From Candidatus Pacearchaeota archaeon (GTDB taxonomy: Archaea > Nanobdellota > Nanobdellia > Pacearchaeales > GW2011-AR1): 12,628 nucleotides of DNA. Positions 1-6,903 of the stretch are shown here, piece by piece. The stretch is taken from assembly GCA_018303825.1 (NCBI GenBank), contig JAGVXK010000015.1, positions 1 through 12,628 of the forward strand, in the 5' to 3' direction. The notes under the pieces were generated by a model that worked only from the letters and a program-made list of their open reading frames with translations, made no database searches and was not told where the DNA came from. Numbering within the stretch: position 1 is the stretch's first letter; each line of letters begins with the position of its first letter. The translations under genes were made by a program, and so were the position numbers.

Positions 1-55
1 TGCAACAAACTCTCCCTGAAAGTAATATTTTTTAGAATAAATAAGTACGCAATTC

Positions 56-93
56 ATCCGTTAGCTAAAGCTTAACGGATTTCTTGCTAACAT
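56..93 (-). mobile_element. IS200/IS605-family left end; element would extend beyond the left window edge
   Basis: Hairpin at 56-80 (ATCCGTTAGC-TAAA-GCTTAACGGAT, 10 bp with one bulge) in GCAATTCATCC...CTAAAG...TTTCTTGC context typical of these ends. On the minus strand, guide AAAT (82-79) predicts a TTNA target, and TTAA (97-94) lies 15 nt 5' of the hairpin. Confidence 0.65.
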
Positions 94-105
94 TTAAAAA
101 TTATT

Positions 106-465
106 TTACTTCTTTTTATAACCAAATATTTTATCATATGATGGATGATCCACAATATCTAGAATGAAACAAATAACTTCTATTTGGTCTCCCTTTATAG
201 TATAAAGCATTCTCCAGAATTGAGATAATTCTACCCTCCACAAATTTTGAACTTTGTATTTATTTGGAATCAACTCTTTTTTTAAATTATCGCCATAGAA
301 TGGATTTGATTTTATCAAAGAAATTTTTTGATTAATCGAATTTAGCAGTTGCATTTCACTAGTATTTTCTCTTTTTTGCTCAACTTGTTTGCCGACTATA
401 AAGTTAAGCTTTTCAAAAGCATCTCTCGCTTCATCTAAAAGAATTATCCTAACTGCTTTATTCAT
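106..465 (-). CDS. RelE/ParE-superfamily toxin-like protein
   Basis: 119 aa. C-terminal 'NPFYGDNL...NLWRVELSQFWRMLYTI...CFILDIVDH..YDKIFGY' resembles the RelE beta-sheet. ATGA overlap with the upstream small gene. Confidence 0.6.
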   Translation of the reverse strand: MNKAVRIILLDEARDAFEKLNFIVGKQVEQKRENTSEMQLLNSINQKISLIKSNPFYGDNLKKELIPNKYKVQNLWRVELSQFWRMLYTIKGDQIEVICFILDIVDHPSYDKIFGYKKK

Positions 466-734
466 ACTTCTAATCCTCTTTTAATAAGAGTAGCAAGTTC
501 TTTTCTATCAGTAAAAACCCATAATAATCCTTTTGTCCCTATCACAATTTTTCCTGAATATTGAAGGTAATCAAGGACTTGAAGCAATGTTTGATGCATT
601 ACCTTTCGGGGTAATCTTCTTTTGAGCTCAGCTATAGTGACTAATTCCCCAGATTCTTTTAATACCTTTTCCACCATCAGCACTGTATTTAGCGTTGGTG
701 AATGATTTATTAGTTCCTGTTTTTGTTGTTTCAT
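462..734 (-). CDS. Small winged-helix-like DNA-binding protein, putative antitoxin/regulator
   Basis: 90 aa. 'SPTLNTVLMVEKVL...TIAELKRRLPRKVMHQTLLQVLDYLQYSGKIVIGTKGLLW' follows a helix-helix-helix-wing pattern. Translationally coupled to the RelE-like gene. Confidence 0.6.
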   Translation of the reverse strand: MKQQKQELINHSPTLNTVLMVEKVLKESGELVTIAELKRRLPRKVMHQTLLQVLDYLQYSGKIVIGTKGLLWVFTDRKELATLIKRGLEV

Positions 735-755
735 CTTTATATATATTATTTATAT

Positions 756-771
756 ATAAGTATATACTTAT
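756..771. promoter_or_regulatory. Perfect 16-bp palindrome, candidate operator
   Basis: ATAAGTATATACTTAT is its own reverse complement and lies between the TATA box (785-778) and the ATG at 734. Confidence 0.55.
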
Positions 772-777
772 TTGAGA

Positions 778-791
778 TATTTAAATGTTTC
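778..791 (-). promoter_or_regulatory. Archaeal BRE/TATA promoter of the wHTH-RelE pair
   Basis: Minus strand reads GAAACA-TTTAAATA. Confidence 0.55.
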
Positions 792-835
792 TATGTGCTT
801 CTTTTTATTTTAGGTATATTATTTTAGACAAACAA

Positions 836-843
836 TTTATAAA
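836..843 (+). promoter_or_regulatory. TATA box for the surface protein gene
   Basis: TTTATAAA starting 29 nt upstream of ATG 865, with a purine-rich stretch upstream. Confidence 0.5.
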
Positions 844-864
844 ATACAATTATATCATAGATTG

Positions 865-2181
865 ATGAAAAGGGGGACAATAATTATCGTTTGTTTTCTG
901 GTCTTAATTTTGCTAAGCATTGGTGCAGGTGCATTGTCTATGAACGCTAAGGATTCATATCAAAAGCAGGAAACTGCAATTGTCAGAATATATGGAGATA
1001 TAAGAGAGCCGATAACAAAAGGCCATGTTAACTTCTTCCGCGGACATGTATCAATTCCATTGGAATATGACGTGCAAAAAATGGGAAATGATTATTATCT
1101 CTGGTTTATAACTTCCAACATTGAGGGGAATTACAGTTTTAATATTAATAATATTGCAAGCTATTCAAATGGGGCAATACAAAGAGTGAATATAGAGAAA
1201 AATTATACAGTTGGAAATACAACAAGCGATTATTATATCAATCCAGGAGCTATTGTATCCAATTCTGATTTTAGCATCAAATTATTTCTTAATAATGATA
1301 ATGCCCAGTCAATTTCAATCAGCTATCCTGGGAAAAACAGCGAGATGATAAGCCCCGGGGAGAACACAATAATTTTTTCATTAAATAGCGTAAAACTAAC
1401 TCAAATTATAACTATAGGCGTTGGGAAATACAATGTTCCCGCATATTTGATAATTTCCGGTTCTCAAAATAATAGCCAAACAGGAAATACAACAAATCAA
1501 ACAATAATAAACCAAACAATGCAAAATTATACCTTTAATGTGAGTTTTTCCCCTAAAAAAATAGAAAGGTTTGAGCAGATAAATAATAATCTAAGCTATC
1601 CTATTGAAATATTTAATAATGTTAATGCTGACTTTGAAAATGTAACCATTATATTTAATCCAAAAATATTTTTACTAACAGGTGAAATAAATAAATTAAA
1701 TGCAAACAAATCTGCTTTCTTTAATTTGGGTATAATAACAAATGAAAGTTTTAGGGAAATAATTTTTGTAAATTACAAGAACTATTCATACCAGCTTCCG
1801 GTAGAAATAACATTCAGGAAAAATACAACTATAAATCTGACTAATGGCAATCTTTATGACTGCGTGAATGAAATTCAGGGAAAAATATGCGCTCCTGAAG
1901 AAGTTTGCACTCTTGGAAGTGTTCCAAGCAGGCAGGGAATCTGCTGCAAAGGAAGCTGCGCTGTTAAGCCAGCGTCGGCCGGAGGTTCCTGGATTGGGTG
2001 GTTAATCGCACTTGTTATCCTTGGAATTATAGGCTATTTGTTTTTCAAATTCAAGAATGTTAAAAGCACGAAGAACCCTATTGAGAGGCAAGTTCAGGAA
2101 ATTGAGAGCAAGGAAAAATTAATGAGAAGGCCGGTTGATATCGATAAAAATCAGGGCAAGAACTTAAACAAGAAATCTTAA
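865..2181 (+). CDS. Exported, C-terminally membrane-anchored surface protein with a 6-Cys module
   Basis: N-terminal signal peptide (MKRGTIIIVCFLVLILLSIGAGA), N/T/Q-rich linker, about 16 N-x-S/T sequons by manual count, C-x8-C-x5-C-x11-CC-x3-C, TM helix WIGWLIALVILGIIGYLFF and a basic tail. ATG 865 is preferred over TTG 862. Confidence 0.8.
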   Translation: MKRGTIIIVCFLVLILLSIGAGALSMNAKDSYQKQETAIVRIYGDIREPITKGHVNFFRGHVSIPLEYDVQKMGNDYYLWFITSNIEGNYSFNINNIASYSNGAIQRVNIEKNYTVGNTTSDYYINPGAIVSNSDFSIKLFLNNDNAQSISISYPGKNSEMISPGENTIIFSLNSVKLTQIITIGVGKYNVPAYLIISGSQNNSQTGNTTNQTIINQTMQNYTFNVSFSPKKIERFEQINNNLSYPIEIFNNVNADFENVTIIFNPKIFLLTGEINKLNANKSAFFNLGIITNESFREIIFVNYKNYSYQLPVEITFRKNTTINLTNGNLYDCVNEIQGKICAPEEVCTLGSVPSRQGICCKGSCAVKPASAGGSWIGWLIALVILGIIGYLFFKFKNVKSTKNPIERQVQEIESKEKLMRRPVDIDKNQGKNLNKKS

Positions 2182-2204
2182 TTTATAATTTAATTTTAAC
2201 TTAA

Positions 2205-2723
2205 TTATTTTCTCTTTTTTGCTTTTTTATTGGTGGATTTCTTGTTTGATTTTTTGCTGATTTTTACTTGTTGTTGACTTTGCTTTCCCTGCTCTTGTTT
2301 CTTGAACAAATGGGGGGCAAATTCATACAATCTCTTCAGAAGAATATCTTTCTCTGTAAGAATCTGCTTGGTCACAGCATCGTAATGGTGCAATCTTTGC
2401 GTTATTGCATTTCCAAGCTCATTTAGCTCAACATTCGAAAGCTCTATTTTTTCTGGAGAAACTAGTTCAATATTAGAGGGCATGTAAGTAAAGATTATTG
2501 CCGTAAATGTGGAAAGAGATTCTATCTCCAGACTTAGCTCTATAAACGCTGTATAAAGATCTTTTCCTTCTTCTACTTGAATAGGGTCGTGTATTTCCTG
2601 GCTTTTTATTTTAACTCCTTTTTCAGAACCTATTCTTGTGGAAAGATTCCGCAAAGCTTCTTTAACATGCTCTGGAGGCCTGCCCATAATCTCAATTATT
2701 AAATTAACTTGAAACTTGCCCAT
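2205..2723 (-). CDS. Conserved archaeal hypothetical protein with Q/K-rich C-terminal tail
   Basis: 172 aa. Motifs 'IIEIMGRPPEHV' and 'FTYMPSNIELVSP' resemble an uncharacterised archaeal family (from recall). TATA box at the expected spacing. Confidence 0.75.
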   Translation of the reverse strand: MGKFQVNLIIEIMGRPPEHVKEALRNLSTRIGSEKGVKIKSQEIHDPIQVEEGKDLYTAFIELSLEIESLSTFTAIIFTYMPSNIELVSPEKIELSNVELNELGNAITQRLHHYDAVTKQILTEKDILLKRLYEFAPHLFKKQEQGKQSQQQVKISKKSNKKSTNKKAKKRK

Positions 2724-2744
2724 TAAGAATTTATGAGATGGCTG

Positions 2745-2752
2745 TTTTTAAA
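2745..2752 (-). promoter_or_regulatory. TATA box for 2723..2205
   Basis: Minus strand GAATC-TTTAAAAA starting 29 nt upstream of ATG 2723. Confidence 0.5.
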
Positions 2753-2882
2753 GATTCTTGTTATAATAAAAATATAAACTGGAATTTAATAATAAACAAT
2801 AAAAGGCACTAACTAACTTGTTACCGATATTATAATGATAATAATTTCTTGTTTTTCTTTTATTTAATAAGAATTGATTTTG

Positions 2883-3632
2883 TCAATAACCGTACGCATA
2901 ATGCAAAGCGATTCTGCCATTATTGTCCAATAAATATAATGTATCCCTATCATTATTCCATATATCTGAATCTGCATTCAGGAAAATATCTCTGGCCGTA
3001 TTTTTGCCGTAACGAGAATGAATTTTTACTTCTCCTAAAACAATATCATCAAGAGAATATGACTTTCTGCTCTCATCTTTTACTGTCCAGTGAATTGCCC
3101 TGATTTCCTTGCATGTATTTCTTAGATAAGCTGTTTCATTTTTTGCGTCTATTCTTGCTTTGAAACAGCCGTAATGCGGAGATTTTTTCCATATCCCAAG
3201 AGAATTTTCCACTGCATAAGCTTCTGCCTCTGCAAATTGCTTTTTTTCCGATGTTTGAACAAGAAATTTCTTTGCCAAACCAAGCTTTACAATATCTAAA
3301 TTTATGTAACTATTATAGTATATCCTTGATAAATTTCTTGAATATCTATCATTATCGAGAAATTCTATCTCGATTGTTTTATTTTCATAATTTTTTAGAA
3401 ATTTCTTTGCCAAATCGCTTCCCAGCTCGCCTTTTTCAGGAGTGTTAATATTTACGAGCCTTATTGTTCGACCATCTCCTAATTGCAAGGTATCTCCGTC
3501 TATGATTCTTGAGACAAAGACTTTTTCTTTTGATGATGCATTGGCATTATTTAGAGCATGAAAGAAATAAATACTTGAAGCTAAGAAAGCAGTAATCAAA
3601 AGAGACAGGGTGATTGCGTGTTTTTTTTTCAT
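2883..3632 (-). CDS. Thermonuclease (SNase-like) with N-terminal anchor and C-terminal lamin-tail-like domain
   Basis: Hydrophobic N-terminus. SNase motifs 'RIIDGDTL', 'IRLVNINTPE', 'DRYSRNLSRIY', 'IVKLGLAK', 'AVENSLGIW'. C-terminal 'IWNNDRDTLYLLDNNG' matches LTD. Confidence 0.85.
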   Translation of the reverse strand: MKKKHAITLSLLITAFLASSIYFFHALNNANASSKEKVFVSRIIDGDTLQLGDGRTIRLVNINTPEKGELGSDLAKKFLKNYENKTIEIEFLDNDRYSRNLSRIYYNSYINLDIVKLGLAKKFLVQTSEKKQFAEAEAYAVENSLGIWKKSPHYGCFKARIDAKNETAYLRNTCKEIRAIHWTVKDESRKSYSLDDIVLGEVKIHSRYGKNTARDIFLNADSDIWNNDRDTLYLLDNNGRIALHYAYGY

Positions 3633-3647
3633 TTTAATTTTTTGTTT

Positions 3648-4121
3648 TTACAATTTTACTATTTCGTTTCTTATACTTAATAAATTTACATACTTTTCAA
3701 AATTTTCGTGATTTATCTCCAATGTAGAAGTATTGATGTTTGGGTGAAATCCCACACTATCTGCTTCCCAAATTGAGCGGTCAAGAATCAAAAAAACATC
3801 TTTCGAATTTATCAGCCCAAATATAGAAACACTTCCTGGAGTGAGATTCAACTTTTCTTTTAGCTCACCGGAAGAAGAAAAGTGCAGCTTATTTACATGA
3901 AGATGCTTTCTTAAGAATTTCATATCAAGTCTTTTGAATGCATCCATGCAAACAAGATAAAATCTGGATTTGTCATCTTTCAGAAAAAGGGATTTTGTAT
4001 GCATGAACTGAAAATCTAAATTTAGTTTTTCAGTCTCTTCTACACTAAAAACTGCAGGATGCTTGTGCTCCTTATATTCAATTCCATGCTTTTTCAAATA
4101 TTCAAAAAGTTTTTCATCCAT
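3648..4121 (-). CDS. YbaK/PrdX (ProXp-ala-like) aminoacyl-tRNA deacylase
   Basis: 'HPAVFSVEE', 'TKSLFLKD', 'LNLTPGSVSIFGLIN', 'GFHPNINTSTL'. Start moved from 4160 to ATG 4121 (MDEKLFEYLKK), which fits the family length and TATA spacing. Confidence 0.9.
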   Translation of the reverse strand: MDEKLFEYLKKHGIEYKEHKHPAVFSVEETEKLNLDFQFMHTKSLFLKDDKSRFYLVCMDAFKRLDMKFLRKHLHVNKLHFSSSGELKEKLNLTPGSVSIFGLINSKDVFLILDRSIWEADSVGFHPNINTSTLEINHENFEKYVNLLSIRNEIVKL

Positions 4122-4140
4122 ATAAAAAATGGTTACATAT

Positions 4141-4150
4141 GATTTAAATA
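4141..4150. promoter_or_regulatory. Candidate shared bidirectional TATA element
   Basis: GATTTAAATA reads TTTAAATA on + (29 nt before ATG 4172) and TTTAAATC on - (27 nt before ATG 4121). Confidence 0.5.
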
Positions 4151-4171
4151 CTCTTCTCATTTAAAAAATAA

Positions 4172-5155
4172 ATGGAAAAAGAAAAGGAGGAAGGAAGCAA
4201 AAAGAGCGAGAATTATGATTTTGTTGTAATCGGAGCCGGAGCGACAGGAATGGCTGCTGCAATGTATGCTGGAAGATTGGGGCTTAAAACTATATGCCTC
4301 GGAGCGACACATGGAGCTGAATTACCTTTAGGAGGAGTAATAACAACAACGAACATTGTTGAAAATTATCCTGGTTTCATTAAATTAACGGGAGAAGAAT
4401 TAGCAAATAAGATAAAAGAGCACGCATTGTCATACGAATTAGTAACATTGAAAGAAGAGAAAGTGGAAAAAATTGATAAATTAGAAAAAAATTTTATTGT
4501 GAAAACATCCGAGGGAGAGTATAAAGGAAAGGCTATTTTGTTTGCAACAGGAACAAAATGGAAAAAACTGGAAGTTAGGGGAAGCAAAGAATTTGAGAAT
4601 CGTGGTATAGCCTACTGCGCACTCTGTGATTCCCCATTATATAAAAATAAAACTGTTGGAATTGTCGGAGGAAGTGATAGCGCTGCAAAAGATGCCCTTG
4701 TCTTGGCAGAGCATGCAAAGAAAGTGTATATGATTTACAGAGGAGAAAAAATAAGACCGGAGCCGATAAATATGAAGAGGATAGAAGCAAACAAAAAAAT
4801 AGAAATAATAAACAGGGCAAATGTTGTCGAAATTAAAGGGGATTCGGTCTTGAAAAGCATAATTCTTGACAGAGAATACAAAGGAAGCAAAGAATTGAAA
4901 CTGGAAGGATTGTTTGTGGCCATAGGGCATATTATATTAAGTCATTTAGCAAAATCTCTTGGTGTAAAATTGAATGAAAAAGAAGAGATAGTTATTGATC
5001 ACAAAACATCTGAAACCAATATTCCCGGAGTTTATGCTGCGGGAGATGTGGCAGACAAGCCATTTAAACAGGTTATAACTGGGGTAGCAGAAGGATGCAC
5101 TGCTGCTTATTCAGCTTTTGAATATATCTCAAAAAACCAGATAGTTCCAACATAA
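4172..5155 (+). CDS. trxB: Thioredoxin-disulfide reductase
   Basis: FAD motif 'VVIGAGATG', 'VENYPGF', active-site CALC, 'VGGSDSA', 'GLFVAIG', 'TNIPGVYAAGD', 'QVITGVAEG'. Confidence 0.95.
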   Translation: MEKEKEEGSKKSENYDFVVIGAGATGMAAAMYAGRLGLKTICLGATHGAELPLGGVITTTNIVENYPGFIKLTGEELANKIKEHALSYELVTLKEEKVEKIDKLEKNFIVKTSEGEYKGKAILFATGTKWKKLEVRGSKEFENRGIAYCALCDSPLYKNKTVGIVGGSDSAAKDALVLAEHAKKVYMIYRGEKIRPEPINMKRIEANKKIEIINRANVVEIKGDSVLKSIILDREYKGSKELKLEGLFVAIGHIILSHLAKSLGVKLNEKEEIVIDHKTSETNIPGVYAAGDVADKPFKQVITGVAEGCTAAYSAFEYISKNQIVPT

Positions 5156-5186
5156 CGGCAAAACGCTGAAAGAGGTTCGGTAAGTT

Positions 5187-5194
5187 TTTAAATA
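5187..5194 (+). promoter_or_regulatory. TATA box of the pilin operon
   Basis: TTTAAATA starting 27 nt upstream of ATG 5214. Confidence 0.55.
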
Positions 5195-5213
5195 ACCGAG
5201 ATTTGTAAAATCT

Positions 5214-5672
5214 ATGATTAAAATGATGAACAAGAAGGGATTATCTCCGGTGATTGCTACTTCGTTGTTGGTAGCTATTGCAGTTGTTCTCGCATTGATT
5301 ATTTTTATGTGGGCAAGAAGTTTTATTGGAGAGGTCTTGCAGAAAGATGGTTCTCCAATAGAGGAAAAATGCAAGGAAATAACATTCGCTGCTGATGTTT
5401 CCACTGATGGAATTATAATTGAAAATACGGGAAACATACCTATATATGGTGTTGAATTAAAAAAGACTGGATTTGGCACAAGCGAAGGAAAGGGAATATT
5501 CGAAAGAAATACTATAGGGACAGGTCAAACAGGAGATTTGCCGATTCCAAGCGGAATTACCTTGGAATCTGACGATGAAGTCCAGGTGATTCCGATTATC
5601 GTAGGCGAAGCCGGCAATGCAAAGAAAGAATATTCTTGTGTTTCAAGTGGTATAACTGCAAAGGTTTTATAA
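5214..5672 (+). CDS. Archaeal type IV pilin (archaellin/pilin N-terminal domain)
   Basis: Class III signal peptide NKKG|LSPVIATSLLVAIAVVLALIIFMW. Two Cys in the globular domain. Confidence 0.9.
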   Translation: MIKMMNKKGLSPVIATSLLVAIAVVLALIIFMWARSFIGEVLQKDGSPIEEKCKEITFAADVSTDGIIIENTGNIPIYGVELKKTGFGTSEGKGIFERNTIGTGQTGDLPIPSGITLESDDEVQVIPIIVGEAGNAKKEYSCVSSGITAKVL

Positions 5673-5676
5673 CAAA

Positions 5677-6237
5677 ATGGGAATTAATAAAAGAGGTATT
5701 TCTGGCGTTGTAATCACGGTTTTATTGATTTTAATAACTATAAGCGCATTCTTTGTCCTGGCGAATACTGTTGTGCCATTTGTCAGAGATAATTTGAAAA
5801 AGAGCACTGAATGCACACCATATGCAAGCTATTTCAAGTTTCAAGAAGTCTTTAATTACCAGGGAAACAACTTTAGATTTAATTGTTATGATGAATCTGG
5901 ATTTTATGGAATTTCTGTAAAAAACCTTGGAACAAACAAACTTGGTGCTGAAGAGCCTGCTGGATTGGCCATAGTTTTAAGTGATGGAGCAAACAAAAAT
6001 GTGATTAACATAACTGGCAGTGCAGAAATTGACATCAACAGATTAAGGATGCTTGATTCTTCAAAAACGAATTTTATTATTCCTGAAAGGGGAGGCATTC
6101 AAACGTATGTTTATAATGCCAGTGTAACTGGTTACAATTCGATGGAAGTTTATCCTGTTCTTCGCTCTGGAAGAATATGTGAAAAAACAGATGAAATAAA
6201 AATAATAAAATGCACAGACAATATAAATTTGGAATGA
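5677..6237 (+). CDS. Archaeal type IV pilin-like protein
   Basis: NKRG|ISGVVITVLLILITISAFFVL. Four Cys. 4-nt gap after pilin 1. Confidence 0.85.
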   Translation: MGINKRGISGVVITVLLILITISAFFVLANTVVPFVRDNLKKSTECTPYASYFKFQEVFNYQGNNFRFNCYDESGFYGISVKNLGTNKLGAEEPAGLAIVLSDGANKNVINITGSAEIDINRLRMLDSSKTNFIIPERGGIQTYVYNASVTGYNSMEVYPVLRSGRICEKTDEIKIIKCTDNINLE

Positions 6238-6755
6238 ATAGAGGTGCACAGGTTTGGGTTGAAACTGTGCTTTACACATTAATAGCCTTGGCTTTGATAG
6301 GGCTTGTTCTTGCTTTCATGATGCCTAAAATAAACCAGACCAAAGACAAATTGGTTGTGGAACAGTCTATCAGCATGCTGAGCGAATTGGATGGAAAAAT
6401 AAATGAAGTATCCAACACTTATGGGAATAGGAGAACTTTTGACTTCACAATAAAAAGAGGAGAGCTGTATATCAATTCTACCTCCGATAAAATAATTCTC
6501 ATTATAAGTGACTTGGCCAAAGTCTATTCAGAACCCGGAACATCAATATCGAATGGGCCTGTAAAAATTCTTTCTGAACAAAGCCAGAAAAACAATATTA
6601 TGTATATGACTTTGAATTATGAAAACCTCTATAATATAACATTCAATGGACTTGATTCAAATAAGAAGTTCAGTCCTGCTCCGATTGCCTATAAGGCATT
6701 TGTTACAAGCAAAAGCTCAAACGGCTTAATGCAGATTGACTTTGAGGTAGCATAA
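6234..6755 (+). CDS. Pilin-like protein with Q+1/E+5 signature
   Basis: MNRGA|QVWVETVLYTLIALALIGLV. ATG 6234 overlaps the previous stop (ATGA), so it is preferred over 6210. Confidence 0.8.
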   Translation: MNRGAQVWVETVLYTLIALALIGLVLAFMMPKINQTKDKLVVEQSISMLSELDGKINEVSNTYGNRRTFDFTIKRGELYINSTSDKIILIISDLAKVYSEPGTSISNGPVKILSEQSQKNNIMYMTLNYENLYNITFNGLDSNKKFSPAPIAYKAFVTSKSSNGLMQIDFEVA

Positions 6756-6873
6756 GATAATAGCTTAGCTTTGTAAAGCTCCAACGATAAAAAAGAACTG
6801 ATTTTTTGCTAATTTCTGACTTTATAGACGATAACCACTTCATAAAGCTAAGTAGATACAGCATAAGGATAGC

Positions 6874-6881
6874 TTTAAATA
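6874..6881 (+). promoter_or_regulatory. TATA box of the ATPase gene
   Basis: TTTAAATA starting 30 nt upstream of ATG 6904. Confidence 0.55.
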
Positions 6882-6903
6882 AGAAATATTACTTTAAGAA
6901 GCA

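Noticed and set aside
2849-3448. Plus-strand ORFs 2849..3103 and 3251..3448
   Set aside because: Antisense shadows of the well-supported SNase gene.
4122-4160. 13-aa N-terminal extension of the PrdX-like ORF
   Set aside because: It runs through the TATA element of the divergent spacer, and ATG 4121 fits better.
5177-5199. TCGGT-N13-ACCGA flanking the pilin TATA box
   Set aside because: Arms of only 5 bp, within chance expectation.
4366-6279. Minus-strand ORFs over trxB and the pilins (4366..4587, 4575..4820, 4637..4930, 4735..4923, 5129..5479, 5904..6098, 6061..6279)
   Set aside because: Antisense shadows with no recognisable motifs.
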